DNA from: Candidatus Binatia bacterium
GTDB lineage: Bacteria; Desulfobacterota; Binatia; Bin18
Assembly: GCA_963666315.2 (NCBI GenBank)
Contig: CAXXHG010000043.1
Location: 448,001 to 512,000 of the forward strand
Length of the DNA stretch: 64,000 nucleotides
Direction of reading: 5' to 3'
In this document: piece by piece, positions 31,746-41,616 of the stretch
How the letters are laid out: every line of letters starts with the position of its first letter
Position numbering within the stretch: the first letter of the stretch is position 1
Notes under the pieces: generated by a model
Seen by the model: the letters and a program-made list of their open reading frames with translations, nothing else
The model's database searches: none
What the model was told of the DNA's origin: nothing
Position numbers and translations under genes: made by a program

Positions 31746-32513
31746 ATGGCCCATGACGATCGGTCGATGCCGCTCACGGACCATCTGGATGAGTTGCGGA
31801 CCCGACTCGTTCGGTCCCTGCTGGCGATTTTTCTCGTTTTTCTTCCCGCCTATTTCTTTGCGAGTGTGCTGTTTGATTTCCTGGCTCAGCCGCTGCACCA
31901 GATAACGACCGATCCGCATTCACTGATTGGGACCAGTCCGACTGAGGCGTTTTTTACTAAACTCAAGGTCGCCTTTATTGCAGCCCTCTTTGGGGCCAGC
32001 CCGGCCATCTTCTATCAAATCTGGCAGTTTATCGCGCCGGGGCTATATCCACGGGAACGCCGCTATCTGTGGCCGTTCGTGGTGTTCTGTTCGTTTTTCT
32101 TTGTGCTGGGCGCCGGCTTTTGTTATGAGGTCGTGTTGCCGATTGCCTTTGCGTTTTTTTTAGAAGAGTTCCAGAGTATCGGCGTGAAGGCGACATTAAA
32201 GATCAGTGAGTATCTGACGTTTACCGCCCGAACGCTGTTGGCCTTTGGGGTGACGTTCGAGATGCCGGTACTGGCCTTTTTCTTTGCCCGTGTCGGACTC
32301 ATCACGCACCATACGCTCATAGGCACATTCCGCTACGCAGCAGTCGGCGTGTTTGTCCTGGCAGCCATCCTCACTCCCCCAGACGCCATCTCGCAAATGC
32401 TCCTGGCCGGCCCGCTCTTGCTGCTGTACGTGCTGAGTATCGGGGTGGCGTATGTATTTGGGAAGAAGGAAGAGCCGAGTGAGGAGACGGACATAGAGCC
32501 TACAGACGAGTAG
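31746..32513 (+). CDS. tatC: Twin-arginine translocase subunit TatC
   Basis: MPL.DHLDELR.RL, YQIW.FIAPGLY..E, FG..FEMP, AAILTPPD. Confidence 0.97.
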   Translation: MAHDDRSMPLTDHLDELRTRLVRSLLAIFLVFLPAYFFASVLFDFLAQPLHQITTDPHSLIGTSPTEAFFTKLKVAFIAALFGASPAIFYQIWQFIAPGLYPRERRYLWPFVVFCSFFFVLGAGFCYEVVLPIAFAFFLEEFQSIGVKATLKISEYLTFTARTLLAFGVTFEMPVLAFFFARVGLITHHTLIGTFRYAAVGVFVLAAILTPPDAISQMLLAGPLLLLYVLSIGVAYVFGKKEEPSEETDIEPTDE

Positions 32514-32560
32514 AAGTTCCTCCGATTCCTTTGTCGGCTCTAGTGAAGTCTATACGCGAT

Positions 32561-33172
32561 TTAGAGCGACGTAGCCCAGAGGCAACTCACCGCACCTAGG
32601 ACAAAAAACGATAGTCGAGACTGATTCGCCCAGATCCAAAACAGAGTGCTCGCAGCCGCCGCGAAGATGCAAAGTCCGGTCGCGATAGATGGCAGAGACC
32701 AGGAGATGATGATCGCTAAACCGGTACAACAGGCGACCATTACAAGCCCTGCGCCGCTGAGCGACTCACGCTCTTCATTCCACCATGCGAGTCCAGTGCG
32801 CACGGCAGCACCGAGCGCAGTTGTCCCCAAGAGCAGCTGAAGGATTTCGGCTCCGTAGGGAAACCACTCGCGTCCGATATACGAAGCCAGGAGGAAACTC
32901 GTGAGTGTGGCAAAGAGAATGTGAAGCTTATAATGGGTTGATAGACTTGCCAAACCCAGCCCAAACAGAACATTCAGAATTGTGAGAATCCCGCCAATCG
33001 AGAATCCGGTGAAGATGCAGAGCGCCGTAAGAGCCGTAAGATAAGAGACAAACCCAACAGCAGTGAGACCAAATGCCGGCTTCTCCCTGTCAGGGAAATG
33101 TCTAATAAGACCAAGAAGAGTAAACCCCCACGCCCACAGAATGATCAGAAAAGCAATAAAGACGCTAGGCAC
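32561..33172 (-). CDS. Hypothetical integral membrane protein
   Basis: 203-aa hydrophobic ORF with about 7 TM segments; no family recognised. Confidence 0.6.
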   Translation of the reverse strand: MPSVFIAFLIILWAWGFTLLGLIRHFPDREKPAFGLTAVGFVSYLTALTALCIFTGFSIGGILTILNVLFGLGLASLSTHYKLHILFATLTSFLLASYIGREWFPYGAEILQLLLGTTALGAAVRTGLAWWNEERESLSGAGLVMVACCTGLAIIISWSLPSIATGLCIFAAAASTLFWIWANQSRLSFFVLGAVSCLWATSL

Positions 33173-33360
33173 GGATTAATCCATTTTATAGGAGAAGAAA
33201 AATAGCAAATAGTCTCAGTACGCACGGTAGATTCTAGAAGAGCCTCTTCGCCCCCTATCGAACTCGCCAGCTGTTGCGTGTGCGTGAGCTAATAGCTGAT
33301 TCGCTAATGGCCCATGTATTGTAACCCGCTGTTAGAGTTTTCCCAGCCGGGTATACTATA

Positions 33361-33684
33361 TTAGGTGTTCCGTAATCTCCGCTCACGCGTCCTCAGCGTA
33401 CTGCGACGTAACCGCCGCTCCCCGCGCATCACATGGAGGATATATACCCGCTTCCCGTCGGAGCGATAAAAGATGCGGCAGGGTGGCTCGACAATCTGCC
33501 GATAACGGGAACGAGGGAGTTCCCGAGGTCGAGACCCACTATCGGGAAAGTCCGCCAGATGTTCGACGTGTTGGATCACCCGTTGCACGAGTCGTCGGGC
33601 AGCCTTTGGATCGTCCAGCGCGATATAATCCGCAATCGTCTCTAAATCACTTAGCGCAGGTTCAGTCCAGATCAGTTCAGCCAT
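33361..33684 (-). CDS. RelE/ParE family toxin
   Basis: LIWT..A..DL..I.DYIA.D.P.AA, L..FP.SG, RIFYR, ILHV; overlaps antitoxin stop. Confidence 0.92.
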   Translation of the reverse strand: MAELIWTEPALSDLETIADYIALDDPKAARRLVQRVIQHVEHLADFPDSGSRPRELPRSRYRQIVEPPCRIFYRSDGKRVYILHVMRGERRLRRSTLRTRERRLRNT

Positions 33685-33929
33685 CGGGCCAGCCGTTTCT
33701 TGGCCTTGGCGTGGGAGAGGGTTCGTCCGTCCTCAACTGCCCGCTCCCCGCGTGCAATGCCTTCTAGTATGGAGAGCCGCTGCTGGAGGTGCTCAAACGT
33801 CTCCACATCGACCAGATAGGCGGCCGGCTTTCCATGCTGAGTAATCAACACGGCCTCGTGGTCCCGGTCCAGGGAGGAAATGATTTCGGTAGCTTTTCGT
33901 TTCAGTGTCGTGACGAGTTCTGTGCGCAT
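33672..33929 (-). CDS. Phd/YefM family antitoxin
   Basis: MRTELVTTLKRKATE, VLITQHGKPAAYLV. Confidence 0.92.
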   Translation of the reverse strand: MRTELVTTLKRKATEIISSLDRDHEAVLITQHGKPAAYLVDVETFEHLQQRLSILEGIARGERAVEDGRTLSHAKAKKRLARWLN

Positions 33930-33964
33930 CTAGTGATACTAAAGTATCACTTATTAGGATGCAA
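33930..33964 (-). promoter_or_regulatory. Sigma-70 promoter (TTGCAT-17-TAGTAT) with overlapping 9-bp palindromic operator; leaderless TA mRNA
   Basis: AGTGATACT-AA-AGTATCACT at 33932-33951; -10 box ends 6 nt before ATG, no SD. Confidence 0.8.
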
Positions 33965-33985
33965 GGAGAAGATGCCTGAGGGAGA

Positions 33986-34008
33986 CCCGTCCTGAGCCTA
34001 GTCGAAGG
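33986..34008. repeat. REP-like element (CTGAG...GTCGAAG family)
   Basis: CCCGTCCTGAGCCTAGTCGAAGG; related copies at 34886-34911 and (reverse) 45429-45442. Confidence 0.55.
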
Positions 34009-34121
34009 AGAGAAACAGGAGAGGACAGACTGTGGGTGAGGGGAAAGGACCTTGGTACAGCCACGGCAGTCGCTTTACGAACATCCATCACGCAGAAGAA
34101 GAGGGCTGGACGCCCTTGGCG

Positions 34122-34847
34122 TTACGTCTGTGCTGAGACAGCAACCAGGGCCAGAAGTTCGTCGAGACGGCTCACCGTAAAAGGGGCCGTTTTGCCTGGT
34201 TCTCCGGAAATTCGATCAATACGTACCGGCGTGAGTCCGGCGGCTTTAGCGCCAACAATATCCATGTCATAGCTGTCGCCGATATGCAGGGCTTGGTGCG
34301 GTGTAAGGTCGTGTACTGCAAGCGCCTGTTGGAAAATTTCGACCTCAGGTTTGGCTGTTCCTGCTTGGGTGGAAATCACGATGGGATCAAAGAAGTGCGC
34401 GATGCCGAGTCCGTCAAGCAGACCGAACAGACGCGAGTCAAAATTGGAAATTACCCCAAGACGAAATCTACGTCCTTGGAGTATTGTCAGCGTTTCAGTT
34501 GTCTCCGGATAGAGCTGCCAGGCGTCTGCCTGAGCAAAGAAGTCGTATAAAGTATCAAAATAGGCTGCGAAGCGTGGAAATGGACCGAGCGGGGCAAAGA
34601 CTTGGTGGACCAGGTCATACCACCATTGTTTTTCGAGCTGGGGAATGTGTTCCGCTGCTGCGTTGGGAAAGGCCATGGGGGGCGCGTGAGTAAAGCAGCG
34701 CCGAAAGCCGGCTTCGAGATCTTGAACCGTCACGTCCTTGCCGTGCTCACGTGCGAGGCGTGCATAGATTTCCCCAACTGAACCTTTGACATGGAAGAGC
34801 GTTCCCGCTGCGTCAAAGAAGATAGTGGTAATCTGGCTGAGAGACAT
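34122..34847 (-). CDS. HAD-IA family hydrolase (REG-2/HDHD3-like)
   Basis: FFDAAGTL, ISNFD, KP..EIF, HIGDS...D..GA. Confidence 0.93.
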   Translation of the reverse strand: MSLSQITTIFFDAAGTLFHVKGSVGEIYARLAREHGKDVTVQDLEAGFRRCFTHAPPMAFPNAAAEHIPQLEKQWWYDLVHQVFAPLGPFPRFAAYFDTLYDFFAQADAWQLYPETTETLTILQGRRFRLGVISNFDSRLFGLLDGLGIAHFFDPIVISTQAGTAKPEVEIFQQALAVHDLTPHQALHIGDSYDMDIVGAKAAGLTPVRIDRISGEPGKTAPFTVSRLDELLALVAVSAQT

Positions 34848-34885
34848 AGGGGTCTGTGTCTACTAATCGCTGGCTTTACTCCATA

Positions 34886-34911
34886 CCCGTTGGTGCTGAG
34901 TGTGTCGAAGT
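34886..34911. repeat. REP-like element (CTGAG...GTCGAAG family)
   Basis: CCCGTTGGTGCTGAGTGTGTCGAAGT in a short intergenic gap. Confidence 0.55.
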
Positions 34912-34932
34912 ACGACCGCGTATACGCTGTGA

Positions 34933-36150
34933 CTATAGCTTGGGAATAACCGCATCCATTATTGCTAGCAGCGCTTCGAGATCCTCCCGGCTGGTGTAGT
35001 AATGAATCGAAACACGCAGTCCACCCACGCCTGAACAATAGCGCACGGTGGGATAAATTTTGTACTCCTGTAATGCGTGATCGAGCTGGTGAACGCGTTC
35101 GGCTTCGGGAAAAGGCTCGCACATGATAATGCCCGACCGCAGTTCGTGGGCGTCTTGAGTCCAAACCTTGATGTCTCGGCGCTTGAGTTCTTCGATCAGG
35201 AAATCGCCTAGCGACAAAATGTGTTCTGTGGCTGCTTTTGCATCCAGCCCGTTCACATAAGACACCGATTCCGCCAGCCCTGCCGTCCCCAGAAATTTGG
35301 GCATGCCGTGGATTTCAAAGCGTTGGGCATCCGACGCCAGCGGCAGCGACAGGAAAGGCGTCAGGCCCGGATCACCGAGATAGCGGACCCAGCCTTCCCT
35401 GGGCTCAGCTAAGGCGAATAAGCCGTGCGCCAAACCTGGCTCTACATGGTCTTGAATAGCTGCACGAATATACAACAGGCCGATGTTGAACGGCGCATTC
35501 AGCCATTTCTGTGCGCCTGCAGCCAGAAAGTCGACGCGCAGATTGGATACATCAAGGGGAATCGCCCCGAGCTGTTGAATGGCATCTACGACCAGGAAAC
35601 AGCCGCGCTCTTGGGCAAGCTGGGAAAACGTGGCCAAATCCATGCGCAGACCGTTGATCCACTGGACCGAACTGACCAGGATCGCGCGCGTATGCTGATC
35701 AATCAGCTCCACGTAGTCATCTATGTTGATGTTGCCTTGGCGGTGGTGGGCGACCCGGACCTCGACCTGCTGGTGTTTTTGCGGATGTGCCGCGCTAATG
35801 GCAACCTGGGGATATTCTAAATCGCACAGGACAATATTGTCGCCCGGCGCAAACGGAATTGCTGCCAGGGCAATATTCAGCCCCATTGTCGTATCATCCG
35901 TAAACGCGATTTCCGTGGGCTGGGCGTTGAGCAACCGGGCCGCTTCTTGTTTTGCCTGGACGCTGGATTTTCCCAAGGCTTGATAATACGTTTGATAGCC
36001 CATTCCCGACGGTCCTTGGCTGAGCAAAGTCGCGGCGTGCTGGACCGCCTCAGTCGCAGATCGGGGCGGCAAGCCGATTCCAGCCGAGTTGAGATAGACC
36101 TGATTCGTTGTGCCTGGGAAATCCGCCTGCACGGCGTTGATGTCAAACAT
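34933..36150 (-). CDS. Class V PLP-dependent aminotransferase (cysteine desulfurase/selenocysteine lyase-like fold)
   Basis: YLNSA, D.EYP, VDAIQ.LG, PLP lysine in GAQKWL, RVS.H.Y. Confidence 0.9.
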   Translation of the reverse strand: MFDINAVQADFPGTTNQVYLNSAGIGLPPRSATEAVQHAATLLSQGPSGMGYQTYYQALGKSSVQAKQEAARLLNAQPTEIAFTDDTTMGLNIALAAIPFAPGDNIVLCDLEYPQVAISAAHPQKHQQVEVRVAHHRQGNINIDDYVELIDQHTRAILVSSVQWINGLRMDLATFSQLAQERGCFLVVDAIQQLGAIPLDVSNLRVDFLAAGAQKWLNAPFNIGLLYIRAAIQDHVEPGLAHGLFALAEPREGWVRYLGDPGLTPFLSLPLASDAQRFEIHGMPKFLGTAGLAESVSYVNGLDAKAATEHILSLGDFLIEELKRRDIKVWTQDAHELRSGIIMCEPFPEAERVHQLDHALQEYKIYPTVRYCSGVGGLRVSIHYYTSREDLEALLAIMDAVIPKL

Positions 36151-36307
36151 CTCCCCTCCCGATTTGTCCGATTCGTCGGATTTGGACGATTAGGATGAGG
36201 TCCCACCATGGGTTGGTGGAGAGGATTTGTCAAGGAATGGGGTAGGCAGCAGAAGGGGGAAAATAGAACGGGCAAACGGCTCCGCGAACAGCTTCGCGGA
36301 GGGCTTC

Positions 36308-36862
36308 TTAGTGATACACTGCTCGCTCTTCACTTGCTGATCCGATCTCATTGAGAAGGTGATCAACTGACGTACGGATTTGCCGCTCATTTTCCTGCAG
36401 ACGCTCGTCTAGGCGACCAGCCGAAGTACTCTCGCCATTCAGGGCACGAAAGTGTTCAAGCTGAATTTCGAGCCGCTCAGCAAGCAGCCGGTCCGTATCA
36501 GCCAGGGATGGGAGACGGGCCTGGCCCTTGTTCATCTCATCGGCAACGGTTAAGAGCCTATTGAGTAAGCCGGTGTGGTACTTCCCAATATCTGTCAGCA
36601 ATGCTGAATCTTGTCGAATCGGCTTCAGAAAGAATGCTTCGCCAAAAGTCTGAACGGCTCCTGCTAAATCGCCCTGTTCTAATAACTCGTCTCCGCGACG
36701 GCAGCGGAGACCGTGACGGCGAAAAGCAGAGCGTTCAAAAAGGCCCCCAAAGGAACCCTTGAACGCTGACAGGAATATTCTGACCAAGAAATAAATGAAG
36801 CCTATCCCAACGATCAGAAAGAACAGGCTGGACAGCAGCGTGATAAACGATACATCTGGCAT
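36308..36862 (-). CDS. Hypothetical membrane-anchored helical protein
   Basis: N-terminal TM helix followed by helical/TPR-like region; RBS GAGGGG. Confidence 0.65.
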   Translation of the reverse strand: MPDVSFITLLSSLFFLIVGIGFIYFLVRIFLSAFKGSFGGLFERSAFRRHGLRCRRGDELLEQGDLAGAVQTFGEAFFLKPIRQDSALLTDIGKYHTGLLNRLLTVADEMNKGQARLPSLADTDRLLAERLEIQLEHFRALNGESTSAGRLDERLQENERQIRTSVDHLLNEIGSASEERAVYH

Positions 36863-36913
36863 AATACCCCTCAACGAGAGCAGACCGTCGACACAGACGA
36901 AAGCATAGCCCCT

Positions 36914-37974
36914 TTACTGAGACAAGGGCCTCTGCTCTTGGCTGCTCAGAGCGAGGTCTCGATTAAACGGAACTGTCGCCGCTTGTGTCGTTGCTTGGAC
37001 AATGGATGGTGGTGCGAGTGGACGGAAGAATCGAATTTCAACGCGCCGGTTTGCAGCGCGATGTTCATCGCTATCGTTTTCGTACAGCGGCCGGTAGTGG
37101 GCGTATCCTTTGTGCAGAAATGCGGGCTGGGTCAATGTCACTACGATCGAGCAGTGCACGAGCAACACGACTGGCCCCTGCCGTGGAGAGCTCCCAGTGT
37201 GGGGGAAAGGCTAGAGTGGCAATTGGACGATCATCTGTGTGTCCGGTGATTTCGACTAAGAGCTGCGGCTTCGTCTCTGCAAGCTGGACAATATATTCGA
37301 GAATGGGCATAACCCCGGAACCCAGGGTGGCTTCTCCTGAGGGAAACGTAATCATATCACTGAGCGAAATGACAAATTCGTGTTCGCTCGACACAACGCC
37401 CACCATGTGTTCGAATTCATGCTCATCCACATGCTGCTGGATCTGATCGGCCAGAACCTGCCAACTTTGATCTAGAGTAGGTGTGGCGACTTGCGGTGCT
37501 AGGGGGACAAGAATCGGGAGGGGTTGGAGTGGCTTTTGTGCTACGCTGGGTGTGTCTGCCGGATAGTCCGAAGACGGGGGTTGTTGGATAGATACGAACT
37601 CCGGCTGTGGAGCAAGGGAAGGCAGCTGAAGCCGTCCGCTCAGCTCGTTCAGCAAATTCAGCTTCTTTGGCAGGTATGTTGGATATGTTTTGTCCCGAAG
37701 AGTCTTGGGCCATACGCTTGGCTTGCGTGGCAGGCGTAGTCTGCTCAGCGAGCTCTAACTGTGCCAGAAGTTGCTGTTTCTCCGCCATATGCCGCAGGAC
37801 GAAGAAGCATAACAGCACTAAGACCAGATCCCCGAATGTCAGTGCCCACCCGTTTGTCTCGTCTTCGACAGGAACTGCTGTGCGTTGGGGGCGCAGGGCG
37901 GACAGGATATCCGAAAGAGACGGTGCCGACTCAGCAGGTCGTGCCTTAAAAGGCGGCGGCAAACGACGGGGCAT
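36914..37974 (-). pseudogene. motB: MotB/OmpA-family stator protein, frameshifted
   Basis: WALTFGDLVLVLLCFFV (conserved Asp); F.SG.A.L, I.GHTDD.PI, WELS; GYA.YRP..N...RAANRRVEI spread over three frames. Confidence 0.85.
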
Positions 37975-38765
37975 TATTTATTCTCGTGGGCGAGTGGGCC
38001 GGGGACCGGTTGCAGAGCAATCCCATCGTCTTCACGGGCTTCCGCAACCAGCAGGGTCGTGAGGTAGCGCTGAGTGATTTTCGGTGTTTCGTTACGGGCC
38101 AAGAGGGCCATACCTTCGAGAATGAGATGCATGGAGACTTCGCGATTTTTGATAAAGGATTGCACCTTGGTGGCGAGCGGCAGGACAAACGCCGTGGGCA
38201 GCACAACGCCGTACGGCGTTGTGCTGCCCACGGCAAAGGCTGGTGCGGCCGTTTGCGGATCGAAGGCATTTGCCTGATGGAGCAATAACACCAGGCCGAT
38301 GAGGGTCCCGGCCATGCCAAAAGCGGGTAAGAGCTTTCCCATTGTCAGGAGTACCTGGCGGGCGGTTTTATACTGGTTGCTAAACAGAAAGAATTCGTGT
38401 TCAACGTGAGCACGGACTTCCTCTTCGCGGCGCATGTCAACCAATAGGCTGACTCCGCGCCGGAGCAGGGGGTCACTGAGCTGGGCTTCATAGTTCTCCA
38501 AGGCGCGTAAGCCACCGTGTCGATTCAGGTCGGCCAGATGCGTGATCGCTGCAAGCTGTTGTTGGGGGGAGTGGAGTTCGGCTCCGAGGACTATGCGTAC
38601 TGCCGTCCACGAATCTTTTACTGTTTGCCAGGAGTACACAAAGCAGGTGCCGCCTATGGTGATAAGCAGAGACGGCAGGTTGAGAAAAGCGAGGATCGCT
38701 CGATAGCCCAGGAGCGTAGCTATGGCACCTGTGATTCCAAGGACAATCCAATATGGCTTTTTCAT
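37974..38765 (-). CDS. motA: MotA/PomA-family stator protein (possibly decaying)
   Basis: F.NLPSLLI.IGGT, GLRALE, PAFGMAGTLIGLV, TT.YG, LP.A.K; short apparent deletions in TM regions. Confidence 0.85.
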   Translation of the reverse strand: MKKPYWIVLGITGAIATLLGYRAILAFLNLPSLLITIGGTCFVYSWQTVKDSWTAVRIVLGAELHSPQQQLAAITHLADLNRHGGLRALENYEAQLSDPLLRRGVSLLVDMRREEEVRAHVEHEFFLFSNQYKTARQVLLTMGKLLPAFGMAGTLIGLVLLLHQANAFDPQTAAPAFAVGSTTPYGVVLPTAFVLPLATKVQSFIKNREVSMHLILEGMALLARNETPKITQRYLTTLLVAEAREDDGIALQPVPGPLAHENK

Positions 38766-38809
38766 ACGGTCTCAAACCTAGACGTAAGAGTAGAGTCGAG
38801 AATATAGAC

Positions 38810-38825
38810 TGCACAAACGGTGCCA
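38810..38825 (-). promoter_or_regulatory. Sigma-54 (-24/-12) promoter upstream of motAB
   Basis: Minus strand TGGCACCGTTTGTGCA, GG-N10-GC spacing, 45 nt before motA ATG. Confidence 0.6.
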
Positions 38826-38998
38826 GGAAAAGCTTGGAAAGAAAGCAAAAAATTGGGAAAAGGAAGTGGAGGAATATGCCTGAGGGAATATTTTGCCTAG
38901 CCCGAGGACTTTCTTTTGCCCTCACACCATTCCGTCGGCCTCGGTCCAGATATGCCAGATAGGATAGATCGAATAGACCTGAGGTGTTGGGATCGGAT

Positions 38999-39790
38999 TC
39001 AGTGCTGACGCTTTCCAGCTTGGACGACCTTCCAGATAGCCTCGCCCATATGCTGTTTGGCCTGTGGCGAGAGTTGCTGCGTTGTCATCTCGTACTCTGC
39101 CCAGCTCTGGAACTGCTGCTCGTTAAAAGTCTTAAGAGAAAGTCGGTGCAGACCATGGGATACTTGGTCTAGCTCAGACACAATGCGTCTGCTCAGCTCG
39201 GCTAATGCAGGTCGAGTCCTCGGGCCCAGTCCGGGATGTGCGCCGGCGGTGTCAGCGATTCCTGTTGGACCTGTTTTGCCAGATCGATCTGTATCCGAAA
39301 AAAGCTTTTGATTGCGGTGGCAGACAAACCCCTGAGCTGGGCTTGATCGGTCAGACGTTTGAGGAGGGCTTGTTCTCTCGTACGATCTTCAATAGGCAGG
39401 TCGTGCACCCGCTTATACGCTGCCACCGCAGGCATGAGCGACAAGCGCAGATCAAGGAGTGCAACAGGCTGGCGACGTGGCAATGTCAAATTTCCCGGCG
39501 CGCAAGTCTTGCAGCAGGTCCGGCCAGCGGAAGCGTACAAAGTGCAGTTCAACATCCAGATCCTGTGCCATGCGCCGGGCGAGATCGATATCAAATCCTT
39601 GGCACGACTCCGGGCCTTTAAGGCACGGGCTGAACGGCTAGTAGTCACCACTCGTGCCAACGCGCAGGACGCCGTTTGTCCGAATCTCCGCCATCTGCCG
39701 GGCCTCAGTATGCGCAGAAATTGTGAGCGTCAATACGATGCTGAAGACGAGGACAAAAAACACGGAGACGAGCGGGGAGTGCCACGCAGG
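38999..39790 (-). pseudogene. Cyclohexadienyl dehydratase (PheC-like SBP family 3)-chorismate mutase (AroQ) fusion, decayed
   Basis: Manual translation: signal-like segment, LRVGTSGDY*PFS (TAG at 39638-39640), GFDIDLA, W..L..DL.AGKFDIA, then jump to RL.LM..VAAYK...PIED..RE (chorismate mutase); start approximate. Confidence 0.8.
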
Positions 39791-39798
39791 GCAGCCGA

Positions 39799-40314
39799 TC
39801 AGATGCCCTGCTCACTATACTCGCGTGCAAAACGGACACAATTGTTGGCCGAGCGGTGGAGCGATTCGATTTCTTGCGGTTTCAGTGAACGGATGACCTT
39901 GCCCGCATTGCCCAGCACGAGCGAACGTGCCGGAATCTTCGTTCGAGGGGTGACAACCGTGCCTGCGCCAATCAGGCATTCTGCACGGATTTCGACGCCG
40001 TCAAGCACAATGGCACCCATGCCTACCAGGGTGAAATCGCCAATCGTACACGCATGGACCACGACGTTGTGCGCGACAGACACGCCCTCGCCTAAGATGG
40101 TCGGGATCTCTCCGCTGAAAACGTGAATGGTAGAATTATCTTGGATATTCACTCGCGTGCAGATTCGGATATAACACCCGTCACCGCGCACTACAGCATT
40201 GAACCAAACGCTGGAGTCCGGGCCGATATGGACATCGCCAATGACATGGGCGCTGTTTTGAATATAGGCACTCGGGTCAATCTGAGGGGTCATACCGTGA
40301 TGGGGCAGAATCAT
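39799..40314 (-). CDS. Gamma-class carbonic anhydrase family protein (YrdA/CaiE-like)
   Basis: Hexapeptide repeats, VIGDV.IG, VRGD, NIQD...H, H.V..H.C, GMGA. Confidence 0.9.
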   Translation of the reverse strand: MILPHHGMTPQIDPSAYIQNSAHVIGDVHIGPDSSVWFNAVVRGDGCYIRICTRVNIQDNSTIHVFSGEIPTILGEGVSVAHNVVVHACTIGDFTLVGMGAIVLDGVEIRAECLIGAGTVVTPRTKIPARSLVLGNAGKVIRSLKPQEIESLHRSANNCVRFAREYSEQGI

Positions 40315-40428
40315 AATACAATACAGTCCGTTCTGTTGCATCGTCATAAGGGCTGAGTGCAACTTTGGCAATTCCCTCTTGTTCCTCCAAATGGAAGGGT
40401 TTAAAGTCGAATGCAGAGGCCAAGAGCT

Positions 40429-41586
40429 ATGCGTACAATCATCCGGGCTGCCATCTTCGCTCGCATTTTTAGTATTGTTGGACTCGTTTTCCTTGGGCTC
40501 TCTCTTGCTTTTGCTCAAGAACGGGCACTTCAAACAGAGGGCTGGCAAGGGCCGAAGCCGACTATTCCAGAACAGGAGATGCGCATCCCAGCTCCGCAGC
40601 GGCCAGTCGTTCCGTCCGGTAAACAGGTGCTTGAGATCCCAGTTCAGCCCCAGCGGTCAGCCGTCCCGTCCCCTCGTCAGCAGGCGGGCATTCCCGCTCG
40701 CCCGCAGTCCTTATGGCCCCGCCCGAACCAGCTTGTGACGGTCACTGTGACCGATCAGAATGGTGGCTATATTCCAGGGCTGCAGTCTAGTGATTTTGTG
40801 TTGTATGAAGGTGATGTGCGCCAGGAGATTACCTATTTCAACACGGGGGAGAATGAGCCGGTCAGTCTGGGGTTGATTGTCGATTCAAGTGGCAGCATGC
40901 GCAACAAGATTGAGCATGCTCGGCATGCGCTGCGCCGCTTTGTTAGCTCTGTGAAGCACCAAGATGAGGTCTTTCTCGAAGAATTCAACGTCCAACCCCA
41001 TTTATTGCAGGACTTTACCGACAGTCGGGTGCTACTTTCTCAAGGCATCGGGATGCTTCGCCCGTGGGGTGGTACGTCGTTGTATGATGCGATTCTTGAC
41101 GGGCTGCGTCGGATCAAACGTGGTAAGCATCGAAAGAAAGCCTTAATTGTTATTACGGACGGCATGGATACGGCGAGTTTGTCTTCGTTGAAGCAAACCA
41201 TTAACGTGTCGCGCCGTTCCGGCGTGCTGATATATACCATTGGCATCGGCAACCCGCAGAGACGTCACGCCCGAGGTGGGGGCGGAATCCGTATCGGACC
41301 CTTAGGTATTGTCGTTGGTGGGAATGATGAGCGGGTTGATTCGAAAACACTCCATCGGATCAGCCAGGAAACGGGCGGGCGTCATTTTCTGCTGAATACC
41401 ATGGATGTGGTGGGCACTAGCGCCGTGCTTGATGCGGCGACACAGACGATTTTACGCGAGTTGCGCTTCCAGTACAGCATCGGCTATGCCTCTTCGAACG
41501 GTGGGAATCGGTACCGGAGTGTTCGGGTTGAAACCAATCGGGCCGATGTCGTCGTCCGAACGCAAAAGGGCTATGCCGTTGATTAG
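40429..41586 (+). CDS. Exported VWA domain protein
   Basis: Signal peptide, Pro-rich linker, V.VTD..G, DSSGSM, GGT.LYDA, ITDG.D, ETGG, QY.IGY. Confidence 0.88.
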   Translation: MRTIIRAAIFARIFSIVGLVFLGLSLAFAQERALQTEGWQGPKPTIPEQEMRIPAPQRPVVPSGKQVLEIPVQPQRSAVPSPRQQAGIPARPQSLWPRPNQLVTVTVTDQNGGYIPGLQSSDFVLYEGDVRQEITYFNTGENEPVSLGLIVDSSGSMRNKIEHARHALRRFVSSVKHQDEVFLEEFNVQPHLLQDFTDSRVLLSQGIGMLRPWGGTSLYDAILDGLRRIKRGKHRKKALIVITDGMDTASLSSLKQTINVSRRSGVLIYTIGIGNPQRRHARGGGGIRIGPLGIVVGGNDERVDSKTLHRISQETGGRHFLLNTMDVVGTSAVLDAATQTILRELRFQYSIGYASSNGGNRYRSVRVETNRADVVVRTQKGYAVD

Positions 41587-41616
41587 GCTGGCTCCGCGTT
41601 AGATTCTCAGCGAGCC

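Noticed and set aside
33173-33360. Integron attC site next to the TA module
   Set aside because: GTAAC/GTTAG are only 5 nt apart with no attC-length imperfect palindrome, and no integrase is in the window.
36914-38765. Zorya anti-phage system (ZorA/ZorB)
   Set aside because: The MotA-like protein is 263 aa with no long ZorA tail, motifs are flagellar-stator-like, and no ZorC/D/E genes are adjacent.
39638-39640. Pyrrolysine or other read-through at TAG codons (also 29637-29639)
   Set aside because: Both genes carry additional frameshifts or deletions and the positions are not known recoding sites; ordinary nonsense mutations are simpler.
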